Source of the DNA: Myxococcota bacterium
GTDB taxonomy: Bacteria; Myxococcota_A; UBA9042; PHBI01; JAWLBL01
Length of the DNA stretch: 64,000 nucleotides
Direction of reading: 5' to 3'
Assembly: GCA_041687695.1 (NCBI GenBank)
Contig: JAWLBL010000003.1
Coordinates: 119,660 to 183,659 of the forward strand
A program made the position numbers and the translations under genes. Shown here in pieces: positions 8,841-18,451 of this stretch (position 1 is its first letter; each line of letters opens with the position of its first letter). The notes under the pieces are model-generated. The model searched no databases, was not told where the DNA came from, and saw nothing but the letters and a program-made list of their open reading frames with translations.

Positions 8841-11714
8841 TTGACCCGCCCGACCCTGGGACCGTTCACCTTGCTCGACCAGCTCGGGAAGGGGGGCATG
8901 GGCGTCGTGTGGCTGGCCGAGGACACGCGCCTCGGGCGGCTGGTCGCGCTCAAGGTGCTGCGGCCCGAGCTGGCCGCCGACGCGACGCGCCGGCTGCGCT
9001 TCCTCCGCGAGGCCCGCACCGCCGCCGCGCTGGTCCACCCGCGCATCGCCACCGTCTTCGAGGTGGGCGAGGCCGCGGGCGAGCTGTTCATCGCCATGGA
9101 GCTGGTCGAGGGCCGCTCGCTCCGCGACGCGATCGACGGGGCCCTGCGCGACGGGGCCCTGGGCGACGGGGGGGCGCTGAGCGCAGCGGACGCGCTGCCC
9201 ATCGCCCGCGACATCGCCGAGGCCCTGTCGGCCGCCCACGCCGCCAGCGTCGTCCACCGCGACCTCAAGCCCGACAACGTCGTCCTCACCCACGACGGCC
9301 GCGCCAAGCTGCTCGACTTCGGCATCGCCAAGGCCCTGTCCCCGGTCGACGCCGTCGCCGCCTCCGGCCTGACCCCCTCGGGCGGCACCCTCACCCGCGA
9401 GGGCTCCATCCTGGGCACCCCGGGCTACATGTCCCCCGAGCAGGCCCGCGGCCTCGCCGCCGACGCCCGCTCCGACGTCTTCTCCTTCGGCGTCCTCCTC
9501 TACGAGCTGCTGACCGGCCGGCCGCCCTTCCAGGGCCCCACCCCGCTCGACGTGCTGACCTCCGTCGTCCGCGACGCCCCGCCGCCCCCGGCCCGCCTCG
9601 CCCCGGCCACCCCCGCCTGGCTCGACGCCCTGGTCATCCGCTGCCTCGACAAGGACGCCGCCGGCCGCCCCCAGAGCGGCGCCGCCCTCGTCGCCCTGCT
9701 CGACGACGCCGGCCGCGGCCAGCTCCCCGATCACCTCCTGCCCGCCACCCGCCCGCTGCGCCCCTACGCCACCGGCGACGATCTGGCCCTCGCCGACACC
9801 CTCGACGGCGCCCGCGGCCCCCAAGCCCCCGACGGCGCCGACCACGGCGACGACGCGGACCCGGACCTCGTCCCTCCCGGCCGCCCCGGCTGGCTGCTGC
9901 CCGCCCTGGCGCTGGGCCTGCTGGCCGCCGGGCTGCTCCTGTGGGCCACCACCGGGCCGCCGCCCGACCCGCCGACGGCCACCCTCGACGTCGCGCCGAC
10001 CCTGCGCGCCCCCCGCAGCCTGCGCCTCGAGCGCGTCACCTCGGACGGCGGCAAGCGCCCCGTGACCGCCGCCGCCCTGGCCCCGAGCGGGACCTTCCTG
10101 GCCTACGCCGACGCCGACGGCCTGCAGGTCGTGTCGCTGGGCAGCGGCAACCGGCGCGCCCTGCCGCTGCCCGCCGGCTCGCGCGTCGACGCCCTGCGCT
10201 GGTTCCCCGACGGCGAGCGCCTGGCCCTGCTGCGCTCGACTCCGGACAGCCCGGCGCCGCCCCAGGTCGAGATCCACACCCTGCTCGGCGACCGCGCCCG
10301 CGCCCTGGATCTCACCGCCCGCGCCCTGGCCGTCTCGCCCGACGGCACGCAGCTCGCCCTGCTGACCGAGCGCGGCCTCGTCGTGGTCCCAGCCCAGGGC
10401 CCGACCGCCGAGGCCCTCCCCGATCCGCTGCTCCCGGCCGCCGGCCTGCACGCCTTCGCCTTCTCGCCCGACGGCGCGCGGCTGGCCGTGCTGCGCGACG
10501 GCGACCTCGGCCCGGTGGTCGCCACCCTGCCGGCCACCGGCGGGCCTCAGCGCGAGGTCGCGACCCTGCCCGGCCTGGGCGGCGGCGCCGCGCTGGCCTG
10601 GCTGCCCGACGGGCGCCTCGTCTGGGCCCAGCCCGGCGGCCCCGACGGATCGCCGGGCGCCGCGCTGTGGGCCGCCCGCGTCGCGGAGACCGGCGCCTCC
10701 GAGGGGCCGCCCGCGCTGCTCGCCGAGTGGCCCACGCACCAGGCGGCCGAGCTGACCGCCGACGCCCGGGGGCGGGTGGCCGTCCTGCGCCGCCGGACCC
10801 GCCGGGCCCTCGACGTGAGGGAGCTCGATCGAGGCGGCCTCGCCCTGGGTCCGCCGCGGGGTCGGGCCGCCAGCGCGGCGGACGTCGCGCGCGTGAGCGC
10901 CTGGAGCCCCGACGGCGCCGAGGTCTGGTTGGACGTCCAGCGCGAGGACGCCTGGGTCTCGACGGCCCAAGCCCTCCCCCGCGACGCCGACGGGGTGGCG
11001 CCCGGCCTGTCCAACGCGACCGGCGCCGTGCCCACCCCCGACGGCGCGGCCCGCCTGTACTGGGCGACCGACCCGCCTGGGCCGCACGCGACCTCGACCG
11101 CGCGCCTGATGCGCCAGCCCCTGGGGGGCGGGCCGGCGGCGGTCCTGCTCGAGGTGCGCGACGCCCGCCCCGACGCCGCGCGCCCGCCGCCGACCCTGCA
11201 CGACGTCCGCTGCGCCCGCGGCGAGGGCCGCCCCTGCGTCCTGCGCGAGCTCGACGCCGCCGAGGCGCGCTGGCAGCGCTTCAGCCTGCTCGACCCCGAT
11301 CGCGGCACCCTGGTCCCGCTGACCACCCTCGACCACGCGACGCCCCGGCCGGCGCCCGGCTGGGATCTGTCGATCGACGGCACCCAGATCGTCTCCGTCG
11401 ATCCCGCGGGCGGCCTCGACCTCTTCGGGGTCGCCGATCCGCACCCGCGCCGGCTCACGTTGCAGGCCGACGGCGCCCCCTGCCGGCCGCGCGACGTGGC
11501 CTGGCTCGCCAGCGGCGCGGCGGTCCTGGTGACCTGCGCCCGCGGCGAGACCGCCTCGGATCTGGCCCACATCGACGCCAGCGGGCATGTCACGGCCCTC
11601 ACCTCCCGCCCCGAGGCGCTCGTCGCCTCGCCTCGCCTGTCGCCCGACGGGCGCGGCGTGGCCTTCGCGCTGACCACGACCGCCGCCGACGTCTGGACGC
11701 TCGACGGCCTGTGA
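8841..11714 (+). CDS. Membrane Ser/Thr protein kinase with C-terminal TolB/PD40-like beta-propeller
   Basis: GKGGMGVV, VALK, HRDLKPDN, DFG, GTPGYMSPE; one TM helix; repeated SPDG motifs; GGAGG before TTG 8841. Confidence 0.9.
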   Translation: MTRPTLGPFTLLDQLGKGGMGVVWLAEDTRLGRLVALKVLRPELAADATRRLRFLREARTAAALVHPRIATVFEVGEAAGELFIAMELVEGRSLRDAIDGALRDGALGDGGALSAADALPIARDIAEALSAAHAASVVHRDLKPDNVVLTHDGRAKLLDFGIAKALSPVDAVAASGLTPSGGTLTREGSILGTPGYMSPEQARGLAADARSDVFSFGVLLYELLTGRPPFQGPTPLDVLTSVVRDAPPPPARLAPATPAWLDALVIRCLDKDAAGRPQSGAALVALLDDAGRGQLPDHLLPATRPLRPYATGDDLALADTLDGARGPQAPDGADHGDDADPDLVPPGRPGWLLPALALGLLAAGLLLWATTGPPPDPPTATLDVAPTLRAPRSLRLERVTSDGGKRPVTAAALAPSGTFLAYADADGLQVVSLGSGNRRALPLPAGSRVDALRWFPDGERLALLRSTPDSPAPPQVEIHTLLGDRARALDLTARALAVSPDGTQLALLTERGLVVVPAQGPTAEALPDPLLPAAGLHAFAFSPDGARLAVLRDGDLGPVVATLPATGGPQREVATLPGLGGGAALAWLPDGRLVWAQPGGPDGSPGAALWAARVAETGASEGPPALLAEWPTHQAAELTADARGRVAVLRRRTRRALDVRELDRGGLALGPPRGRAASAADVARVSAWSPDGAEVWLDVQREDAWVSTAQALPRDADGVAPGLSNATGAVPTPDGAARLYWATDPPGPHATSTARLMRQPLGGGPAAVLLEVRDARPDAARPPPTLHDVRCARGEGRPCVLRELDAAEARWQRFSLLDPDRGTLVPLTTLDHATPRPAPGWDLSIDGTQIVSVDPAGGLDLFGVADPHPRRLTLQADGAPCRPRDVAWLASGAAVLVTCARGETASDLAHIDASGHVTALTSRPEALVASPRLSPDGRGVAFALTTTAADVWTLDGL

Positions 11715-11722
11715 GCCCCACC

Positions 11723-12409
11723 ATGAAGCGCACGCTCCACTTCGACGCCGCCTACGAGGAGTGGGCGACCCTCGCCGACGGCACCCGGGTCGTCCTACGC
11801 CTGGTCCAGCCCTCGGACAAGTCGCTGCTGCTGCACGGCTTCCGCGAGATGTCGCCCGAGTCGCGCTATCGGCGCTTCCTGAGCGCCCGCGGGCAGCTCA
11901 GCGAGGCGGATCTGCGCTACTTCACCGAGGTCGACCAGCGCGACCACTTCGCCATCGGCGCCGCGGCCCCGCACCCCGAGCTGGGCGAGGAGGGGCTGGG
12001 CGTCGCGCGCTTCGTGCGCCTGTCCGGCGAGCCCGCGGTCGCCGAGCCGGCCATCGCCGTGGTCGACCGGATGCAGGGCAAGGGCCTCGGGCGCCTGCTG
12101 TTCATGCGCCTGGTGGCCGCGGCGGCCGAGCGCGACGTCGCGCGCTTTCGCTTCGACATCCTGGCCGACAACGAGGGGATGCGCGCGTTGGCGCTCGACA
12201 TCGCGCCCGACGCGACCTTCCGCGAGGACGGCGACATCGTCGAGGTCGAGCTGCCGCTGCCGACGGTCGAGCCGGCCCGCTCCACCGAGGCGCCGGGGCT
12301 GGGCTCGGCCCTGTACCGCATCTTCCGCAAGACCGCGCGGGGGCTGCTGAACATCCGGCCGCGGGCGACACGCACCGGGGCGCCCGCCGGGGACGAGGAG
12401 CCGACGTGA
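11723..12409 (+). CDS. GNAT family N-acetyltransferase (Pat-type GNAT domain)
   Basis: TLADGTRVVLR, SPESRYRRF, AEPAIAVVDRMQGKGLG, ILADNEGM. Confidence 0.88.
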   Translation: MKRTLHFDAAYEEWATLADGTRVVLRLVQPSDKSLLLHGFREMSPESRYRRFLSARGQLSEADLRYFTEVDQRDHFAIGAAAPHPELGEEGLGVARFVRLSGEPAVAEPAIAVVDRMQGKGLGRLLFMRLVAAAAERDVARFRFDILADNEGMRALALDIAPDATFREDGDIVEVELPLPTVEPARSTEAPGLGSALYRIFRKTARGLLNIRPRATRTGAPAGDEEPT

Positions 12410-15400
12410 GGCGCTGGGCCGCGTGGGCTCTGGCGCTGTGCCTGCTGGCCCCGGCCGGCGCCGCGGCGGCCCCGACGCCGCGTGACCTCGCGCGCCTCGA
12501 GGCGGCCGCGCAGAAGGTCCGCGACCACCAGGCCAAGGGGCAGCTCTTCGCGGCCCGCAAGGCGGCCGAGGCGCGGCTGAAGCTGGCCGATCGCCTGCTG
12601 CCCGACGGGGACCCGCTGCGGCTCGCGGCGCTCGAGGAGGCGGCGCGCGCGCGGCAGTCGACCGGCGATCACCTGGGCGCGCTGACGCTGTACGAGCGCG
12701 TGCTGGCGCTGCGCGAGGCGGCGCTGGGCCCCGATCACCCGGACCTGCTGACGGCCATCGACGCGCTGGCCTTCGCCTGCTGGATTCGGCGCGAGGACGC
12801 GCGCGCCGAGGCGCTGTACGCGCGCGGCATGGAGCTGCGCGAGCGGCACTTCCCGCCCGACGACCTGCGCATCCCCATCGCGCTGCAGGTGCAGGCGTCG
12901 CTCTACACCACTCAGGGGCACTGGTCGCGCGCCGAGGCGCTCTACGAGCAGGTGATCGAGCGCTACGAGCGGCACCCCACCGGCAAGACGATGGTCGGCG
13001 GGGTCCTCATCGGCCTCGCGTGGGTGCAGGTCTTCAAGCGGGATCTCGGGCGGGCCGAGGTCCTGCTGGAGCGGGTGGTCGCCTCGTTCGAGCAGCAGTT
13101 CGGCAAGGACAGCCCGCACCTGGCGCCCATCCTCTTGATGATCGCCCAGCTCTGGGACCGCGAGGGCCTCCCCGCCAAGGCCGCCCCGCTGTACGACCGG
13201 GTCGAGGCCGTCTTCCGGGCGGAGCTGGCGGCCCAGGAGGCCAAGCTCGGCGCCGACTCGGCGCAGCTGGCCTACCCCATCGACAACCTGGCCCGCCTGG
13301 TGCAGGCCCGCCGCCAGTGGGACGAGGCCGAGGCCCTGCACCGGCGCAGCCTGGCCATCCACGAGCGGCAGGCCGGTCCCGACTCGGCGGCGATCAGCGC
13401 GCCGGTCTTCGCCCTGTACGCCATCGCCCGCGAGCGCGGTGACCTGGACACGGCCCGCGCGCACCTCACGCGCATGCAGGCCCTGCAGGAGCGCCTGTTC
13501 GGGCCGGCCCACGCGACCGCCCCCATGATGCTGCTGGCCGACGTGGCCCGCGAGCAGGGCCGCCTGGACGAGGCCCTGGGCTTCGCGCGGCGCGTCCGCA
13601 AGAGCTTCGAGCAGCAGTACGGCCCGCGCCACCCGCACGTCGCGCCGCAGATCGAGCAGGAGGCCGTCATCACGCTGGCCCGCGGCGACGCCAAGCGGGC
13701 GCTGACGCTCATGCAGCAGGCCCAGGCCATCCAGGAGCCCGCCATCGCGCTGGTCCTGGCCGCCGGCGCCGAGGCCGACAACCGCGTGTACATGGCCAAC
13801 CTGGCCTACCAGCTGGACTACGCGGTGTCGCTCAGCGCCCGCGACGCGCCGGACGACCCGGCGGCGGCGAGCTTCGCGCTCGACACGCTGCTGCGGCGCA
13901 AGGGGCGCGTCCTGGACGCCGTGACCGACGGCATGGCGGCCCTGCGCAAGCAGCTCGATCCAGCCGACCGGCAGCTGCTCGAGCAGCTGGCCGCGGGTCG
14001 CTCGCAGCTGGCGAAGCTGGTGCTGACCGGGCCGGCGGCCTTCGGCGACCCGGGCGCCTATGCGCGCGAGGTGGCTCGGCTGGAGAGCGACGTGCGGCGC
14101 CTCGAGGCGGCGGTGCGGGACAAGAGCGCCGCCTACCGCGCCCAGTCGGTGCCGGTGTCGATCCAGGCCGTGCAGAAGGCGCTGCCGCCCGGCGCGGCGC
14201 TGCTGGAGATCGCGCGCTATCGGCCACACGACCCGGCCGCCCGGGGGGAGCAGCGGCTGGGGCCGCCCGAGTACGCGGCGTACGTGCTGGGGCCCACGGG
14301 GCCGCCGCGGCTGGCGCGGCTGGGAGACGCCGCCACCATCGACCGGCTGGTGGGCGAGCTGCGCGAGGCGCTGGCCAGCCCCGAGCGCGACGACGTCGTC
14401 GCCGTCGCGCAGCGGCTGTACGCGCGGGTCATGGCGCCGGTGATGCCGCTGCTGGGCCAGGGGGCCGAGGCGCCCACCCATCTGGTGGTTTCGCCGGACG
14501 GCGCGCTGAACCTGGTGCCGTTCGGGGCGCTGGCCGATCCGGCCGGGCGCTGGCTCGTGCAGCGCTTCACCTTCAGCTACGTGACCTCGGGTCGGGATCT
14601 ACTGCGCCTGGGCGTGCGCGTGCCGCCCAAGAGCGGACCGCTGGTGGTCGCGGACCCCGACTTCGACGAGGGGGCCGCCGCGCCCGGGGCCCAGGGCGAG
14701 GCGCCCGCGCCGCCGCCGGCCCAGACCCGCGGGCGCCGCTCGCGCGATCTGCGGGGCACGGTGTGGCAGCCGCTGCCGGCGACGGCCGAAGAGGCCAGGG
14801 AGCTGGCCGCGTTGCTGTCGGAGGCGACGGTGCTGACCGGCGAGCGGGCGACCGAGACGGCGCTCAAGCAGGTGGCCGGGCCGCGGCTGCTGCACGTCGC
14901 GACGCACGGGTTCTTCCTGCCGGGTGACGAGACGCCCGAGGCGACCGCGGGCGCCCAGGGGCTGGGGGTAGGCCCGGCCGCGCCGCCGCAGGGCGGGCCC
15001 GAGAACCCGCTGCTGCGGTCGGGGTTGGCGCTGACGGCGGCCAACCACCTGGCCAGCGGCGAGGACGACGGCGTGCTGACGGCGCTCGAGGCGGCGGGGC
15101 TGGACCTGTGGGGGACGCAGCTGGTGGTGCTGTCGGCCTGCGAGACCGGGGTCGGCGAGGTGACGCGCGGCGAGGGGGTGCAGGGGCTGCGGCGGGCGCT
15201 GGTGATGGCGGGCGCCGAGAGCCAGGTGATGAGCCTGTGGCAGGTCGACGACGTGGCGACGCGCGAGCTGATGAGCGACTACTACCGCCGGCTGGTGGCG
15301 GGGGAGGGGCGCGCCGAGGCGCTGCGCCAGGTGCAGCTGGCGATGGTGGGGCGGCGCGAGCGCCGGCATCCCTTCTACTGGGCGAGCTTCATCCCGGCTG

Positions 15401-15459
15401 GCCACTGGGGCCCGCTGGACGGGGCGCCGGCGCCGGCCGGCGGGGCGGCCTCACCCTGA
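12406..15459 (+). CDS. Secreted TPR-repeat CHAT (caspase-like) domain protein
   Basis: Signal peptide, LGPDHPD-type TPRs, LHVATHGFF and VVLSACETG (His/Cys dyad), HPFYWASF. Confidence 0.9.
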   Translation: MRRWAAWALALCLLAPAGAAAAPTPRDLARLEAAAQKVRDHQAKGQLFAARKAAEARLKLADRLLPDGDPLRLAALEEAARARQSTGDHLGALTLYERVLALREAALGPDHPDLLTAIDALAFACWIRREDARAEALYARGMELRERHFPPDDLRIPIALQVQASLYTTQGHWSRAEALYEQVIERYERHPTGKTMVGGVLIGLAWVQVFKRDLGRAEVLLERVVASFEQQFGKDSPHLAPILLMIAQLWDREGLPAKAAPLYDRVEAVFRAELAAQEAKLGADSAQLAYPIDNLARLVQARRQWDEAEALHRRSLAIHERQAGPDSAAISAPVFALYAIARERGDLDTARAHLTRMQALQERLFGPAHATAPMMLLADVAREQGRLDEALGFARRVRKSFEQQYGPRHPHVAPQIEQEAVITLARGDAKRALTLMQQAQAIQEPAIALVLAAGAEADNRVYMANLAYQLDYAVSLSARDAPDDPAAASFALDTLLRRKGRVLDAVTDGMAALRKQLDPADRQLLEQLAAGRSQLAKLVLTGPAAFGDPGAYAREVARLESDVRRLEAAVRDKSAAYRAQSVPVSIQAVQKALPPGAALLEIARYRPHDPAARGEQRLGPPEYAAYVLGPTGPPRLARLGDAATIDRLVGELREALASPERDDVVAVAQRLYARVMAPVMPLLGQGAEAPTHLVVSPDGALNLVPFGALADPAGRWLVQRFTFSYVTSGRDLLRLGVRVPPKSGPLVVADPDFDEGAAAPGAQGEAPAPPPAQTRGRRSRDLRGTVWQPLPATAEEARELAALLSEATVLTGERATETALKQVAGPRLLHVATHGFFLPGDETPEATAGAQGLGVGPAAPPQGGPENPLLRSGLALTAANHLASGEDDGVLTALEAAGLDLWGTQLVVLSACETGVGEVTRGEGVQGLRRALVMAGAESQVMSLWQVDDVATRELMSDYYRRLVAGEGRAEALRQVQLAMVGRRERRHPFYWASFIPAGHWGPLDGAPAPAGGAASP

Positions 15460-15583
15460 ACGGACGCGAAAAAGCCGCGGCTGGGGCCGCCGGGGGAACC
15501 CTGGGCGGGCTCGCGTGTCTGTGCTATCCGTTTCGCGCCACACGAGCCGCGCGACACGGCTTCTCACGACAGTCTGGGGGGAA

Positions 15584-18196
15584 ATGGCGATGGTGTTGAG
15601 GAGACTCCGCACGCTGAAGGTGACCCGCTCGGCCATGGCCGCGGCGCTGGCCCTGACGATCACGATGCCCGCGCCGGCCGCGGCCTGTCCGACGCCGGGG
15701 GCGGCGGCCGCGGTCGCCGAGGCCTTCGTCGCGGCGCCGCCCAAGGGCAAGCCGGTGGCGACCAAGGGCGGCGCGGCCGCCAAGCCGTCGGCCAAGGAGC
15801 TGAAGATCCAGCGCCACCTGACGATGGCGCAGTACTACCTGCTGCGCGAGAACGATCCCAAGCTGGCGATGAAGGAGTACCAGGCCGTGCTGCGGCTCGA
15901 TCGGGCGCACACCCGCGCGGGGCTCGAGCTGGCGGAGCTGCAGGTGCGCGCCGGCGACGGCAAGAAGGCCCTCGCGACGCTGAAGAAGCTGACCAAGGCG
16001 GCGCCCAAGGATCCGGCGCCCTGGTACGGCCTGGGCGTCGCCCACCTCAAGGCCAAGGACCCCAAGGCCGCGCTCGCCGCCTTCGAACAGGTCCTCGCCG
16101 TCGCCCCGGGCCACGCCGACGCCCACCGCGAGAAGGCCGCCATCCTGCTCGATCGCGTCCGCGCGGGTGAGGTGGCGCTCAAGGACCAGCTGGCGACGCA
16201 CCTGCGGCTGTTCATCCATCACGCCAAGCGCGACCACTCGCCGCAGTACAAGCTGGCGCAGCGCCTGCTGGCCGAGCTCGAGGGTGGCGAGCTGGCGCTG
16301 ACGATCTTCGACGCCAAGACCGCCTACGACGCCGCCTTCACCGAAAACCGCATCGGCGTCATCAACCAGCACATGGGCCGGGCGCGCCGCGGCTTCGAGC
16401 GCTGCCGCGAGCTGGCGCCCAAGAACGAGGCCTGCGCCTACTGGCTGGGGATGGTCTACTCGTCGGTCAAGGCGTCCGACCACTACGACCCCGCCAAGGC
16501 CGTCGCCCTGTTCCGGGCCGCGGCGTCCGTCCCCGAGGCCCACGTCGAGCTGGCCCGCGTGGCGCGGCGCGAGGACGACATGCAGGCGGCGCGCACGGCG
16601 CTCGAGGCGGCGCTCAAGCTCGACCCGGGCCACCAGACGGCCCTGCTCGAGCTGGGCATCCTGCACAAGGTCGAGGGGCGCGACGACGACGCCGTCGCGG
16701 CGCTGCTCAAGGCCTACCAGGTCGACCGGCACTCGCACCTGGCCGCCAAGGCCGTCGGCGAGCTGGCCCTCATCCGCCCCGACCACCAGCTGGTCCTGTC
16801 GTCGCTGCGCTACGGCTCGATGAAGAGCGACGTGTTCTCGACCGAGAAGTTCAAGGGCGCCATCACCGAGCTCGAGCGGCGCATGGGCGGCCTCGACCCG
16901 ACGGCGGCCGAGCAGAAGGTCCTCGAGGCGGTGCTCGAGCGCATCATCGAGGCCAACGGGATCTCCCGGACCGACTACACCTTCAAGGTGTCGGTCATGA
17001 ACACGAAGATCGTCAACGCCTTCGCGGTCCCCAACGGCAACATCTACTTCACCAAGGGCTTCTTCGAGATGCTGAAGAAGTCCTGGCCCGATCGGCCCAT
17101 CGACGAGCACCACGACGTGCTCGGCCACGTCATGGCCCACGAGGTGGTGCACGTCATCCGGCAGCACACGGTGCGCCAGCAGGTCTACCGTGAGGCGGTC
17201 GCCGACGCCGATCGCCACCTGGACCCGGCCGTGCTGACGCACGTCACGCGCATCCACGAGATCGAGGCCGACCGCGACGGCATCGTGCTGGCCTTCCTGG
17301 CCGGCTACCACCCGCGCGGCGGCATCGAGTTCATGGAGTCGCGCGGCACGCACGAGGAGATCCCGAGCCACCTCGATCACCCGACCTACGACGAGCGCAT
17401 CCACTACCTCGAGGAGTACTGGTCCAACGACGTCAAGTACGCCTGGATGAGCTTCAGCTTCGGGCTGCAGAAGATGGAGGAGGCCGCCCGCGCCGAGGCG
17501 GAGGACGTCTCGCGGGCGGCGGGGCTGTACGGCGGGGCCATCGAGGACTTCAAGCGCTACCGGGACACGCTGATCGCGTCCAAGGAGATCCTGAACAACA
17601 TGGGGATCGCCTACGCGAAGCTCGGCGTGTTCGCGACGGTCGACGGGCAGAGCCCGCTGAGCCGTTGGAGCACCGGGTTTTCCGTCGAGCGGGACCTTGC
17701 GCTGAAGTACGTCAGCGTGCGCAAGGCCGAGGCGCAGCAGGTCGCGCGCAAGCGCAGCGGCTCCGAGGGCGGTGACAAGGAGCCGTGGCAGCTCAAGCAG
17801 GCCGTGGCCCTGTTCCGCGAGGCGCTGCGCCAGGCGCCGGACTACCAGCGGGCGCGCGTGAACCTGGCGACCGCCTACCTGGCGCTCGGCCGGCTCGACG
17901 ACGCCTCTCGCACCCTGGCCGAGGTGAAGGCGGGCGGCGAGGTCGACCCGAGCGAGGTGATGAACCTGCAGGGGGTCGTCGACGCCGAGGCCGGCCGCGG
18001 CGACAAGGCCGTCGAAGCGTTCCGGGCCGCCGCCAAGGGCGCCGCCGCGCGCGAGGCCGCCAGCTTCAACGTCGCCGTGGCCCTCGAGCGGGCCGGCAAG
18101 AAGGGCGAGGCCCAGGCCGCCTACCAGAGCTTCGTGCAGGCCTTCCCCGACAGCGTGTGGGCGCGCAGCGCCAAGCGAGCGATCGAGGTGAAGTGA
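15584..18196 (+). CDS. TPR-repeat protein with M48 family zinc metallopeptidase domain
   Basis: VNAFAVPNGNIY, AHEVVH (HExxH), EIEADRDG, HPTYDERI; TPRs on both sides. Confidence 0.87.
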   Translation: MAMVLRRLRTLKVTRSAMAAALALTITMPAPAAACPTPGAAAAVAEAFVAAPPKGKPVATKGGAAAKPSAKELKIQRHLTMAQYYLLRENDPKLAMKEYQAVLRLDRAHTRAGLELAELQVRAGDGKKALATLKKLTKAAPKDPAPWYGLGVAHLKAKDPKAALAAFEQVLAVAPGHADAHREKAAILLDRVRAGEVALKDQLATHLRLFIHHAKRDHSPQYKLAQRLLAELEGGELALTIFDAKTAYDAAFTENRIGVINQHMGRARRGFERCRELAPKNEACAYWLGMVYSSVKASDHYDPAKAVALFRAAASVPEAHVELARVARREDDMQAARTALEAALKLDPGHQTALLELGILHKVEGRDDDAVAALLKAYQVDRHSHLAAKAVGELALIRPDHQLVLSSLRYGSMKSDVFSTEKFKGAITELERRMGGLDPTAAEQKVLEAVLERIIEANGISRTDYTFKVSVMNTKIVNAFAVPNGNIYFTKGFFEMLKKSWPDRPIDEHHDVLGHVMAHEVVHVIRQHTVRQQVYREAVADADRHLDPAVLTHVTRIHEIEADRDGIVLAFLAGYHPRGGIEFMESRGTHEEIPSHLDHPTYDERIHYLEEYWSNDVKYAWMSFSFGLQKMEEAARAEAEDVSRAAGLYGGAIEDFKRYRDTLIASKEILNNMGIAYAKLGVFATVDGQSPLSRWSTGFSVERDLALKYVSVRKAEAQQVARKRSGSEGGDKEPWQLKQAVALFREALRQAPDYQRARVNLATAYLALGRLDDASRTLAEVKAGGEVDPSEVMNLQGVVDAEAGRGDKAVEAFRAAAKGAAAREAASFNVAVALERAGKKGEAQAAYQSFVQAFPDSVWARSAKRAIEVK

Positions 18197-18451
18197 CGAC
18201 GGGCCGGGGCGCCGCGGATCGCGCGGCGCGCCTGGTCCAGGGCCGGTCCGCGCGCGGACGGGGCACACGGGGGGGCGGCGCTCGCGGGCGCGCGCCCCTT
18301 CGTCGTTCCGGGGCGTTGGCCGGGCGCGTATTCGGGCGTATTCCAGCGGTGCGCGGATTGGGGACGGGGCCGTGATCGGCGTGGGGGCGCGTGTTATGCA
18401 CGTCCAACACCCCCTCCCCAACCACGCAACGGCCCTCGCCCGAGTAGGCGG

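Noticed and set aside
18326..18343. GCGTATTC direct repeat upstream of the kinase operon
   Set aside because: Possible regulator site, but only two short copies and no supporting context
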